From: Actinomycetota bacterium
Lineage (GTDB): Bacteria > Actinomycetota > Acidimicrobiia > Spongiisociales > ZC4RG35
DNA length: 64,000 nucleotides
Direction: 5' to 3'
Assembly (NCBI GenBank): GCA_052390035.1
Contig: JBQTHI010000012.1
Location: 13,038-77,037 of the forward strand
Part shown: positions 10,372 through 19,842 of the stretch, in pieces
Numbering within the stretch: the stretch's first letter is position 1
Layout: each line of letters begins with the position of its first letter
The notes under the pieces: model-generated
What the model saw: the letters and a program-made list of their open reading frames with translations, nothing else
What the model was told of the DNA's origin: nothing
Databases searched by the model: none
Program-made: the position numbers and the translations under genes

Positions 10372-11472
10372 TTGCAGGTTGCAGACGGTGCCGCCCGGGC
10401 CGGCGTCCTCTCCACGTCCCATGGGGAGGTCGCCACACCCGGATACATGCCGGTCGGCACCAGGGCGGCGGTGCGCGGCGTCGACGTCGATGACCTCGAG
10501 ATGGTGGGTGCAAAGATCGTGCTGGCCAACGCCTACCACCTCATGCTCCGGCCGGGAACCGATATCGTCGAACGACTAGGTGGTATTCACAACTTCTGGG
10601 GCTGGGAGGGTCCGATCCTCACGGACTCCGGGGGATACCAGATATTCTCGCTGAAGCCCGAAATCGACGACGAGGCTGCCCGCTTTCGATCGGTGTACGA
10701 CGGGTCGGTTCACAGCCTCAGTCCCGAACAGGCCGTGACCATCCAGGAAAGGCTGGGGCCCGACATCGCCATGGCCCTTGACGTCTGCATCGGGCTACCC
10801 GCCCCCCGCCAGGCTGTGGCTAGCGCCATGGAGCGCACCCTGCAATGGGCCGAGCGGTCGCTCCGGAGCCATCGCCGGTCCGATCAGGCCCTGTTCGGCA
10901 TCATCCAAGGAGGGGTCGATCCAGACCTCAGAGCGGAAAGCGCCGCCCGCACCGCCCGGCTGGGATTTGTTGGATTCGGGATCGGCGGGCTATCGGTGGG
11001 GGAGACCTCGGAGGAACGGATCACATCCCTCGAGGCTGTAATGGGCGAGCTTCCAGCGGGCAAGGTTCGATACGTGATGGGTCTCGGCGACCCGGCCGGG
11101 GTATTGGATGCAGTGGGGCGAGGTGCCGACCTCTTCGATTGCGTCTGGCCAACCCGTCTTGCTCGTCACGGGCGGGTGCTCACCGCGGTTGGTGACTTCA
11201 ATCTCCGACGGGCCGAATTCCAAGACGATGAACGTCCTCTCGAACCAGGCTGCATGTGCGGTGCCTGCCGGCGGCATCAGCGTGGCTACCTGCGCCATCT
11301 CTTGGTGACCAACGAGCTGTCTGCCTTCCGCATCATCTCGGTTCACAACCTCACCTACACGCTTGGTCTCCTCGCCGAGGCTCGCAAGGCAATCGAAAAC
11401 GGCCGGTTTCGCCAGTTCGTCGACGAAACTCTCACCCAACGGGCTTTGTCTGAGTGGAGGAAGGACCGCTAA
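10372..11472 (+). CDS. tgt: queuine tRNA-ribosyltransferase
   Basis: TPGYMPVGT, DSGGYQ, GFGIGGLSVGE and zinc site CMCGACRRH. The start was placed at the in-frame TTG at 10372, just after the queA stop. The upstream part of the long track ORF overlaps queA in another frame. Confidence 0.9.
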   Translation: MQVADGAARAGVLSTSHGEVATPGYMPVGTRAAVRGVDVDDLEMVGAKIVLANAYHLMLRPGTDIVERLGGIHNFWGWEGPILTDSGGYQIFSLKPEIDDEAARFRSVYDGSVHSLSPEQAVTIQERLGPDIAMALDVCIGLPAPRQAVASAMERTLQWAERSLRSHRRSDQALFGIIQGGVDPDLRAESAARTARLGFVGFGIGGLSVGETSEERITSLEAVMGELPAGKVRYVMGLGDPAGVLDAVGRGADLFDCVWPTRLARHGRVLTAVGDFNLRRAEFQDDERPLEPGCMCGACRRHQRGYLRHLLVTNELSAFRIISVHNLTYTLGLLAEARKAIENGRFRQFVDETLTQRALSEWRKDR

Positions 11473-11500
11473 CGTCCTCGATCTCGTAGGCTGACTTTTC

Positions 11501-11806
11501 GTGAACCCCACTCTGCTCCTTTCAACTAGCGCGCCCCCGACCAACAACCCGCTGTCATCGTTCTTGTTTCTCGGGCTGATGCTCGGCGTCTTCTACTTCC
11601 TACTGATTCGTCCGCAGCGTCGCCGAGCGCGGGCACAACAGCAATTGGTGTCGGAGTTGCAATTGGGGGATCGCGTCCAATCAATCGGCGGTATCCAGGG
11701 GATCATCAAGGCGCTCGACGAAGACTCCGTGTTGATCGAGGTGGAGCAGGGAAGGATCCGGCTGGCCCGCCGGGCCATCGCCAGCAAAATCGAACCCAAG
11801 GCCTAG
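11501..11806 (+). CDS. yajC: preprotein translocase subunit YajC
   Basis: Single TM helix followed by LLIRPQRRR and GDRVQSIGGIQGII. It sits before secD. Confidence 0.85.
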   Translation: MNPTLLLSTSAPPTNNPLSSFLFLGLMLGVFYFLLIRPQRRRARAQQQLVSELQLGDRVQSIGGIQGIIKALDEDSVLIEVEQGRIRLARRAIASKIEPKA

Positions 11807-11809
11807 GCA

Positions 11810-13372
11810 GTGCGCCGCCGTTTGATCGGGCTTCTGATGGTGCTGGCCGTGGCCTGGGGTGGGGTCGGCGCCCTCCTGGCGCAAGGAGTCCTACCCAAGC
11901 TCGGTTTGGATCTGCAGGGCGGAACGTCGGTGGTGCTGACTGCACCCGCCGATACCCCGGAAGATGTCCTTGCCCAGGCGGTTGAGATCATGCGCCGGCG
12001 AATTGAGGACGTGGGAGGTGTCCAAGAGCCGGAGATCGCGGTTTCCGGCGCCAACACCGTGCTTGTCCAGTTGCCGGGTGTCGAGGACGAACAACGAGCC
12101 CTTGATGCCATCGGTCAGACCGGCCGGCTCTCCTTTCGCCCGGTGCTGGATGCCACTCCCGGGGACCTAGGCCCCCTGGTGACCACCACCACGACCACCG
12201 TTCCGGCGGAGTCGACCACCACCGGTGTTAGCACCACCGAGCCATCTACTACGGGACCAACCACCACAGGTCCAACCTCCACAGGTCCAACCACCACCGG
12301 TGCGGCGGATCCGACGACCGCCACCACCCTCCCTTCCAACATCGACCCGGTAAGTGGGCTAACCATCTCCGACGACCCCAGCCAAAGCGCCTACCTACCG
12401 TCGACCGTTCAGAGCGTCATCGGAGAGATACCGGCGGTGCTCTATGTCGGGCCCGCCGAGTTGGTGGGAACCGACGTCGCCGACGCGTTGCCGGGTTTCA
12501 ACCCGTCCAGCGCCCAATGGGTGATCAACCTCGATCTGACCTCGACGGGCGCCGACAAGTTCGCCACCATGACAGCCAACGCCGCTTCCTTCTCGCAGGG
12601 AAGCCCCCAAAGGCAAATCGCCATCGTTCTCGATGGCGAAGTGATCGCGGCGCCAGCGGTGGCGGCAGATGTTGGCCCTGAGGGGATCGTTGGTGGTCAA
12701 GCGCTGATCACGTTCGGTGCCACCGCCGATGACGAGCAGAAGGCGAAGGACACGGCCGCCATTCTTCGCTACGGGTCTTTACCGGTCGCCTTCGAACGAT
12801 CGCAGGTGCAGAAGGTTTCAGCCACGCTGGGCTCGGATTCAATGCGCGCCGGTCTAATCGCGGGCTACATCGGATTGGCCCTGGTCACACTGCTGCTCTT
12901 CGCCTACTACCGAGCGATGGGGTTGGTGGCGATCATCGGCATCACAGTGTTTGGCGCCTTGGTCATCTCATTGTTCGCCCTTCTTGGCCGGATCCAGGGG
13001 TTGACCCTCACCCTGGCTGGTGTGACGGGAGTGATCATCTCGCTTGGTATCGCCTCCGACTCCTACATCGTCTATTTCGAACGAATCAAAGAAGAGTTGC
13101 GGGCGGGGCGGGCGGTGCGGTCGGCGGTCGATGAAGGGTGGAAGCACGCCTTTCGCACGATCCTGACCGCGGACACGGTGTCCATGCTTGGCGCCGGCCT
13201 CCTTTGGTTCTTGTCGGTTGGTCCGGTGAAAGGGTTCGCTCTCTCGCTCGGTCTCGCCACCCTGCTCGACATCTTCATAGCCCGGACCTTCACCCGCCGC
13301 GCCATCTATCTCCTGGCCCGGACCCCGCTCGCCGACCGTGGCTGGCTTTCGATCAAGAGCACGGCTCGATGA
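11810..13372 (+). CDS. secD: protein translocase subunit SecD (with a Thr/Pro-rich insertion)
   Basis: LGLDLQGG, a periplasmic P1 domain, and a C-terminal 6-TM RND-like block. It is followed by secF. Confidence 0.9.
   Translation: MRRRLIGLLMVLAVAWGGVGALLAQGVLPKLGLDLQGGTSVVLTAPADTPEDVLAQAVEIMRRRIEDVGGVQEPEIAVSGANTVLVQLPGVEDEQRALDAIGQTGRLSFRPVLDATPGDLGPLVTTTTTTVPAESTTTGVSTTEPSTTGPTTTGPTSTGPTTTGAADPTTATTLPSNIDPVSGLTISDDPSQSAYLPSTVQSVIGEIPAVLYVGPAELVGTDVADALPGFNPSSAQWVINLDLTSTGADKFATMTANAASFSQGSPQRQIAIVLDGEVIAAPAVAADVGPEGIVGGQALITFGATADDEQKAKDTAAILRYGSLPVAFERSQVQKVSATLGSDSMRAGLIAGYIGLALVTLLLFAYYRAMGLVAIIGITVFGALVISLFALLGRIQGLTLTLAGVTGVIISLGIASDSYIVYFERIKEELRAGRAVRSAVDEGWKHAFRTILTADTVSMLGAGLLWFLSVGPVKGFALSLGLATLLDIFIARTFTRRAIYLLARTPLADRGWLSIKSTAR
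12254..12298 (+). repeat. 3 x 15-bp in-frame tandem repeat (GPTTT-GPTST-GPTTT) inside secD
   Basis: Read directly: ggaccaaccaccaca ggtccaacctccaca ggtccaaccaccacc. It is embedded in a longer Thr-rich tract, about 12178-12338. Confidence 0.75.
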
Positions 13373-14424
13373 GCTGGCTCAGAAAGCTCTCCCGCGGGGA
13401 GACGAACATCGACTTCGTCGGGAAAAGGACGCGGTGGTGGCGAATCTCCCTGGCGGCGGTGTCGGTCTCTTTGTTGTCGCTCGTGATCCGTGATCTCAAT
13501 CTCGGTGTCGAATTTCGAGGTGGTCTCAACATCAATGCCGCCAACTCGGCGGCGGCCACCGTCGAAGACCTGCGCGAGGCGGCGCGCTCGGTAGGGGTCG
13601 ATGAGAGCATTGTCCAGCTCGTCAACGATGGCGCCTCGGTACGGGTGCAGACACCTTCCTTGGCCAGGGAACAGGAGTCGGCGCTGATCGACCGGGTGGC
13701 CGAAGTCACCGGGACCGATAGAGCGGAAATCTCAATCGATGCGGTTGGCCCCACCTTCGGAGCCCTGATTCTTCGCCAGTCGCTGCTGGCACTCTTGGTG
13801 TTTCTGGTTGCGGTTACTGCCTACATGACCTGGCGTTTGGAGTGGAAGATGGCCATGGCCGGCATGGCCGCTCTGTTTCACGATCTGATCATCACGGTGG
13901 GGGTGTATTCGATCACCGGCTTCGAGGTCACCCCGGCCACCGTCATCGCCGTACTCACAATCCTCGGCTATTCGCTGTACGACACCGTGGTTGTGTTCGA
14001 CAAGGTGTCAGAACTCGCCCACGAACAGAACACCCGGATGACCTATGCCGGGATCGTCAACAGGGCGATGAACATGGTGCTCGGTCGTTCGCTCAACACA
14101 TCGCTGACATCACTGCTTCCGGTGGGGTCAGTCCTGGTGGTCGGCTCGTTCCTCCTCGGAGCCTCGACGCTCAACGACTTCGCTCTCGCCCTCTTCGTTG
14201 GCCTCGCGGCGAGCACTTACTCTTCGATCTTCGTTGCCGCCCCGCTGCTGGCAGCCTGGAAGGAGCGAGACGAGGAGTGGGGATCACGCCAACGAAGGGC
14301 CGAGGATCGGGCGACCGCCCGCTCCGATGTCGACTCTGACCGGTCGCCGACTGCGGCGGCGGATGGGCGGCAGGGCCAAACCTGGCCGGGGGGCCGGCCG
14401 CGTCCCCCGAAGGGTAAACGCTGA
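13369..14424 (+). CDS. secF: protein translocase subunit SecF
   Basis: IDFVGKRTRWW, LGVEFRGG and a 6-TM C-terminal block. The ATG overlaps the secD stop (ATGA). Confidence 0.9.
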   Translation: MSWLRKLSRGETNIDFVGKRTRWWRISLAAVSVSLLSLVIRDLNLGVEFRGGLNINAANSAAATVEDLREAARSVGVDESIVQLVNDGASVRVQTPSLAREQESALIDRVAEVTGTDRAEISIDAVGPTFGALILRQSLLALLVFLVAVTAYMTWRLEWKMAMAGMAALFHDLIITVGVYSITGFEVTPATVIAVLTILGYSLYDTVVVFDKVSELAHEQNTRMTYAGIVNRAMNMVLGRSLNTSLTSLLPVGSVLVVGSFLLGASTLNDFALALFVGLAASTYSSIFVAAPLLAAWKERDEEWGSRQRRAEDRATARSDVDSDRSPTAAADGRQGQTWPGGRPRPPKGKR

Positions 14425-14438
14425 GGCTTTAGAATCTC

Positions 14439-14957
14439 TTGGTGGATCTCTCAGCCCTGATAAGGGACATTCCGGATTTTCCCGAGCCGGGGGTGGTCTT
14501 CAAGGACATCACCCCGGTCCTCGCCGGCGCCGACGCTTTCTCTGAGTTGATCCTCGCCCTCGCAGGTCCGCATCGCCAGTCGGGTATCGACAAGGTAGCC
14601 GGGATCGAGGCGCGGGGTTTCACTTTGGCCGCACCGGTGGCCAAGGAGTTAGGCGCCGGCTTCATCCCGCTGCGCAAGCCTGGGAAGCTTCCCTGGGAGA
14701 CGGTCAGTCAGACTTATGCGCTCGAATACGGCACCGACGCCCTCGAGATGCACGTCGATTCGGTCAGTCCAGGCGATCGGGTGCTCATCGTTGATGACGT
14801 GATAGCAACCGGAGGAACCGCCGCCGCCGCAGTCAACCTGGTGCGGCGGGTCGGTGCTGAGGTTGCCGGCGTGGTGGTGTTCATCGAACTGGCCTTCCTC
14901 AACGGAAGATCGTCTCTCGACCAGGTGCCATTTCATGCACTCGTCAGATACGACTGA
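14439..14957 (+). CDS. apt: adenine phosphoribosyltransferase
   Basis: IRDIPDFPEPGVVFKDITP and the PRPP loop VLIVDDVIATGGTA. Confidence 0.9.
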   Translation: MVDLSALIRDIPDFPEPGVVFKDITPVLAGADAFSELILALAGPHRQSGIDKVAGIEARGFTLAAPVAKELGAGFIPLRKPGKLPWETVSQTYALEYGTDALEMHVDSVSPGDRVLIVDDVIATGGTAAAAVNLVRRVGAEVAGVVVFIELAFLNGRSSLDQVPFHALVRYD

Positions 14958-17112
14958 AGAGCGGCTCGACGCCATCCTCGCCGCCCACCGGCGCCACTTC
15001 CCGGATGGTGACGTTGGCTTGATCGGGCGGGCGTATGAAACCGCCGAGAGAGCCCACCGTGGTCACCTGCGCAAGTCGGGTGACCCCTTCATCACCCATC
15101 CGGTGGCCGTGACCGAAATCCTCGCCGAGTACGGGCTCAACTCCGCCGCTCTGGCCGCTTCGCTCCTCCACGACACCGTCGAAGACACCGATCTGACCCC
15201 TCACCAGATCGAACAAAGCTTTGGCGCCGAGGTTGCCCGCCTGATCGACGGCGTTACCAAGCTCGATCGCATCCGGTACTCATCGCCCCAAGAGGCGCAG
15301 GCGGCGACGATTCGCAAGATGGTGGTGGCGATGGCTCAAGACGTTCGGGTCTTGGTGATCAAGCTCGCCGATCGGCTCCACAACATCAGGACGGTGGCCG
15401 CATTGCGGGAAGAGAAGCGCCAGCGCGTCGCCCGGGAGACCATCGACGTCTACGTTCCTCTTGCCCACCGGCTTGGCATGCAGGAGATCAAGCACGAACT
15501 CGAAGATCGTTGCTTTGCCATCCTCGAGCCCGGGATCTACGCAGAAATCCAGGAGATGCTCGACGAACGCGCCCCGGAGCGGGAGGTGTTTATCGAAAAG
15601 GTCATAGCCGATGTGGCCGCCACCCTGGCCGACGCCGGGATCGAAGCCACCATCACCGGCCGACCCAAACACAACTATTCGATCTACCGGAAGATGGTGG
15701 AGAGCCAGCGGCCGTTCGAAGAGATCTTCGATCTGATCGGCATCCGGATCATCACCGCCGACTCTCGCAGCTGCTACGCGGCACTCGGCTTGGTCCACTC
15801 CAAATGGATGCCGATCTCGGGTCGGTTCAAAGACTTCGTTGCCATGCCCAAGATAAATCTCTATCAGAGCCTTCATACGACCGTCATCGGCCCCGATGGA
15901 AAGCCCCTCGAGGTTCAGATCCGCACCGAAGAGATGCACCGCCTGGCTGAATCCGGAATCGCCGCTCATTGGCGTTACAAGGAGGGGAAGTCAGCAAGCG
16001 ATGCCCCCTGGGTGGGTGACATTCGCACTTTGCTCGAGACCGAAGATCCAGAGGAGTTCCTGACCAACCTCAAGCTCGACTTCTACCAGGATGAGGTGTT
16101 TGTTCTCACCCCGGCCGGAGACGTCAAGACCCTTCCACGAGGTTCGACTGCCGTCGACTTTGCCTATGCCGTGCACACTGAGGTGGGAAGTCGCTGTGTG
16201 GGAGCGCGGATCAATGGGCGTTTGCTTCCTCTATCGACACGGCTCGAATCGGGCGACATCGTCGAAGTACTGCTTTCTAAGGCGGTTGATGCCGGGCCCA
16301 GCCGCGATTGGCTCAACTTCGTCCGCACCTCGCGAGCCAAGTCGAAGATCAAGAGTTACTTCCTGAAAGAGCGGAGGGAGCAGGCCCTGGCCGAGGGTCG
16401 CGAGCTGCTGGCTGCCGGGCTGCGCAAGGAGAGTCTCGGGCTGGGTGCCGTCGAGCGGGACAGCTACCTCACCGAAATCGCCATCGATCTCGGCAAACCC
16501 GATCTCGACGGGTTGTTGGTGGCGGTGGGGGAGGGTGCCGTGTCAGCCGCCACTGTCATCCAGCGGCTGGTGCGGTTGGTCCGCCCCGAGGAGGTAGACG
16601 ACGAGGATTTGCTGGCACCACCGCGACCCCGGCGGCGAGCCCGCATTCCGGGCCCCGGGATCATCGTGGAGGGGATGGACGACATGCTGGTACGGATCGC
16701 CCGCTGCTGTGCCCCGGTTCCGGGTGACCCTATCGTTGGTTTTGTCACGATCGGGAGGGGGGTGTCAGTCCATCGCGCCGATTGCACCAACACCCTTGCT
16801 CTCACCGAGAAAAGGGAGCGGATGGTGGAGGTGGCGTGGCCGGCCGACCGGGTTGGGGTATTCACCGTGTGGGTCCAGGTGGAAGCCCTCGATCGGACGC
16901 GACTTTTGCGGGACGTCACCGCTGCCATCTCAGATCTCGGCGGCAATATCACCGCATCGTCGTCGGTCACCGGCCGCGACCGGGTGGCGGTACTGAGGTA
17001 TGAGGTGGAGCTGTCCGATCCGGGGTCGTTGCCGCGCTTGCTGGCCGACCTGAAGGCCGTTGACGGCGTGTTTGCCGCCTACCGGTTGGTCACCGAGCCG
17101 GCAACCGAGTAG
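14935..17112 (+). CDS. relA: bifunctional (p)ppGpp synthetase/hydrolase RelA/SpoT family
   Basis: HD hydrolase block HPVAVTEIL...HDTVEDT, synthetase block GRPKHNYSIYRKM, then TGS and C-terminal ACT-like regions. The start was trimmed to the ATG at 14935 and overlaps the apt 3' end. Confidence 0.9.
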   Translation: MHSSDTTEERLDAILAAHRRHFPDGDVGLIGRAYETAERAHRGHLRKSGDPFITHPVAVTEILAEYGLNSAALAASLLHDTVEDTDLTPHQIEQSFGAEVARLIDGVTKLDRIRYSSPQEAQAATIRKMVVAMAQDVRVLVIKLADRLHNIRTVAALREEKRQRVARETIDVYVPLAHRLGMQEIKHELEDRCFAILEPGIYAEIQEMLDERAPEREVFIEKVIADVAATLADAGIEATITGRPKHNYSIYRKMVESQRPFEEIFDLIGIRIITADSRSCYAALGLVHSKWMPISGRFKDFVAMPKINLYQSLHTTVIGPDGKPLEVQIRTEEMHRLAESGIAAHWRYKEGKSASDAPWVGDIRTLLETEDPEEFLTNLKLDFYQDEVFVLTPAGDVKTLPRGSTAVDFAYAVHTEVGSRCVGARINGRLLPLSTRLESGDIVEVLLSKAVDAGPSRDWLNFVRTSRAKSKIKSYFLKERREQALAEGRELLAAGLRKESLGLGAVERDSYLTEIAIDLGKPDLDGLLVAVGEGAVSAATVIQRLVRLVRPEEVDDEDLLAPPRPRRRARIPGPGIIVEGMDDMLVRIARCCAPVPGDPIVGFVTIGRGVSVHRADCTNTLALTEKRERMVEVAWPADRVGVFTVWVQVEALDRTRLLRDVTAAISDLGGNITASSSVTGRDRVAVLRYEVELSDPGSLPRLLADLKAVDGVFAAYRLVTEPATE

Positions 17113-17147
17113 TAAGACTGCTTTCTCACCGAAGCCATCGCTCAGGG

Positions 17148-17552
17148 TTAACCGATGTTGACCATCCAGGGGACGCCGAACTTGTCGACGCATTGTCCAA
17201 ACTCGTCGCCCCACATCTGCTTGTCGAGAGGGATCATGACTGTCCCACCCTTCGAGAGCTTTTCCCAATAGCCGTGTAGTTCCTCGGCGTCATTGCCGCT
17301 GAGACTGACGGCGAAGTTGTCGCCGGGGTTGTAATCCGTGCCTGGCGGAACGTCGGCGCCCATAATCGTGAATCCATTTGGCGAGTCGAGCCGGCCGTGC
17401 ATGATCTGGTTCGCTTCTGGAGCATCCGGTTCGCCGTATTCCCCGTAGGTGTTCATGATGAGCTCGCCTCCAAAGACGTCTCGGTAGAACTCCATTGCCT
17501 CACGGGCATTGTTCGAGAAGCTGAGATACGGGTTGAGTAGGGATGCCATCAA
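17148..17552 (-). CDS. VOC-superfamily protein (PhnB/YjdN-like)
   Basis: 134 aa. N-terminal NPYLSFSNNAREAMEFYRDVFGG and C-terminal DKFGVPWMVN are typical of the PhnB-like VOC fold. Confidence 0.65.
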   Translation of the reverse strand: MMASLLNPYLSFSNNAREAMEFYRDVFGGELIMNTYGEYGEPDAPEANQIMHGRLDSPNGFTIMGADVPPGTDYNPGDNFAVSLSGNDAEELHGYWEKLSKGGTVMIPLDKQMWGDEFGQCVDKFGVPWMVNIG

Positions 17553-17790
17553 ATCCTCCTCTGGTACGGAACGGGGCTCGTCCGAGCGTACTCTTTTGGG
17601 CGGGACGGCGAGTTCAATGGGCAGGGCGAACCATCGCCCAATTGTCCCACCGACCCTTCATGATTCATCTCATGTTGGACGGTGTTTCGGGATCGGTGGA
17701 CAGCTTGGAGCGGGTGGCCTTGGAGGTGTGGACAGCCTCACCGCCAGCGGGGTGGAAGGGGGGCCGATCCTATGATCCGAAGTCACCACC

Positions 17791-18435
17791 GTGTTTGTCG
17801 CCAGCGTGCCGATCTGGTTGGCCCAGACCAACTGCTATGTGTTAGCTCCGTCCGAGGAGGGCCCGGCTGTCGTGATTGACGCTCCCCCCGGCGGGGCCGA
17901 AATCGCTGACCTGCTTCGTAGCCACCAGCTTCATCCGGTGGCATTGCTGCTCACCCATGGCCACGTCGACCACATGGGTGGTTCGGGCTGGCTGCAAAAA
18001 GCGGCCGGGGTCACGGTGTACGTTCACCCCGACGACGACTTCCTCACTCTCGACCCTGCCAGGCAGCTTCGGTCACTATTCGGGATGGTTCCTGACGGTG
18101 ATTGGGAGCCCCCCCAAACCCGGGTCGATCTCAAGGACGGAGAGATCCTCGAGTTGGCGGGCGTCGAGTTCGAAGTGCGCCACACTCCCGGTCACACCCC
18201 GGGCCATTGCTGCTTCTACTTGAAAGACGAAGGTGTCGTGTTGTCGGGCGACCAGCTCTTTGCCCGATCGGTGGGTCGGACCGACCTCCCGGGCGGGGAC
18301 TGGGGCCAGCTCCTCGAATCGATGAGGGAGAAGATTCTCACGCTCCCCGACGAGACACGAGTCCTCCCGGGGCACGGCCCCGAGACGACCATCGGAAGCG
18401 AGCGTCGCCATAATCCGTTTTTGGTCGGGCTGTAG
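17791..18435 (+). CDS. MBL-fold metallo-hydrolase (glyoxalase II-like)
   Basis: THGHVDHMGG metal motif, HTPGHTPGH and GHGPETTIG. A homologous gene sits next to hisS in mycobacteria. Confidence 0.8.
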   Translation: MFVASVPIWLAQTNCYVLAPSEEGPAVVIDAPPGGAEIADLLRSHQLHPVALLLTHGHVDHMGGSGWLQKAAGVTVYVHPDDDFLTLDPARQLRSLFGMVPDGDWEPPQTRVDLKDGEILELAGVEFEVRHTPGHTPGHCCFYLKDEGVVLSGDQLFARSVGRTDLPGGDWGQLLESMREKILTLPDETRVLPGHGPETTIGSERRHNPFLVGL

Positions 18436-18471
18436 CGCCTCTCTGCAAGCCTCATCCGGCTCGTTACTCTC

Positions 18472-19842
18472 GTGGCGCCTTTGATGCCGCTAGTGCAACC
18501 TCGAACAATGCCGGGTGTCCTGGAGCTGCTACCGCGCGATCAGGTCGCCTTTCAGCGGATGCTCGACCTGATCCGGGCGGGCTTTGAGCGGTTCGGATTC
18601 CTTCCGATCGAGACACCCACCATGGAGCTGGCTGAGGTACTGCTCACCAAAGCCGGGGGAGAGGCCGAACGCCAGATCTACCTGGCTCAATCGAGCGGCG
18701 CCTCGGAGCGCCGGCACGAACCCGATCTTGCTTTGCGCTTCGATCTGACCGTGCCGTTCGCTAGATACGTGGCCCAGCACCAGGCCCACCTCACATTTCC
18801 CTTCCGCCGTTACCAAATACAGACGGTATTTCGGGGCGAGCGGCCCCAACAAGGCCGCTTCCGCGAGTTCTACCAATGCGACATCGATGTAATCGGGCGA
18901 GAGACGCTCAGCCTCCGCCACGACGCCGAAATGCCGGCGGTTATCAGCACCGTCTTCTCGAGCCTCGGCTTCGGTGATTTTGTCATCAGGTTGAACAACC
19001 GTCGCCTGTTGCGCGGGCTGCTCGAGCAGCTCGGAGTAGCCGACGAGCAGTCCCGAGTGTTGCGCGAGTTGGACAAGCTCGACCGGCGCGATCGCGATGA
19101 GGTGGAAGCCTCCCTGATCGAGGCCGGCATGACGGGAACCGACGCCGGCACGCTGCTCGACATTGTCGGCCGGGGAGTGGTGCGAGGTGCCGCCGCCCTC
19201 ATCCACCTCGAGTCGATCAGCGTCGCCAACCCGTTGCTGCGCCAAGGGATAGCGGAGCTAACCGAGGTGGTAAGCCTGTTGGCCGACCTGGGGGTTCCCG
19301 ACCAACGCTACGGAGTTGATCTCTCCATCGCCCGGGGTCTCGACTACTACACCGGAACCGTCTACGAAACGACTTTGACCAGCCACCCGGGGCTCGGAAG
19401 CATCTGCTCAGGAGGCAGGTACGACGACCTTGCCGGGCTCTACACCAAAACCCGTCTACCCGGGGTGGGTATCTCGATCGGCCTTACGCGGGTGTTCTGG
19501 CAGCTGCGCGAGGCAGGTCTACTGCACGAAGAGGCCAGCCCGGTCACCGCCATGGTGGCCCTGATCGACGAGGCCGGGTTGACCCCTGCTCTACGCATGG
19601 CCACCGATCTGCGGGAGGGTGGCATAAACACCGAGACGGTCATGGAGCCGGCGAGGCTCGTGCATCAGCTCAAACATGCCGACCGGGCCGGTATCAGGCT
19701 TCTGGTGGTGGCAGGCCCCGACGAGCGCGCCAGTGGGATGGTTCTGATCCGGGATCTCCGGACCAGCGACCAACAGCGGGTACCCGCCGCCGGTCTGGTC
19801 GCCGCTGTCAAGGGCAAGCTGTCGGGGGATCAGCGGCGATGA
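18472..19842 (+). CDS. hisS: histidine--tRNA ligase
   Basis: Class II motif 2 [18 protein letters not shown], motif 3 GGRYDDL...GVGISIG, and a C-terminal anticodon-binding domain. The start is uncertain, with in-frame ATGs at 18484 and 18508. Confidence 0.9.
   Translation: MAPLMPLVQPRTMPGVLELLPRDQVAFQRMLDLIRAGFERFGFLPIETPTMELAEVLLTKAGGEAERQIYLAQSSGASERRHEPDLALRFDLTVPFARYVAQHQAHLTFPFRRYQIQTVFRGERPQQGRFREFYQCDIDVIGRETLSLRHDAEMPAVISTVFSSLGFGDFVIRLNNRRLLRGLLEQLGVADEQSRVLRELDKLDRRDRDEVEASLIEAGMTGTDAGTLLDIVGRGVVRGAAALIHLESISVANPLLRQGIAELTEVVSLLADLGVPDQRYGVDLSIARGLDYYTGTVYETTLTSHPGLGSICSGGRYDDLAGLYTKTRLPGVGISIGLTRVFWQLREAGLLHEEASPVTAMVALIDEAGLTPALRMATDLREGGINTETVMEPARLVHQLKHADRAGIRLLVVAGPDERASGMVLIRDLRTSDQQRVPAAGLVAAVKGKLSGDQRR

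Noticed and set aside
9233-10513. 426-aa minus-strand ORF antisense to the ruvB end, queA and the tgt start
   Set aside because: Same artefact class. It is Arg/Gly/Pro-rich with no domain signature, and the sense-strand genes are unambiguous.
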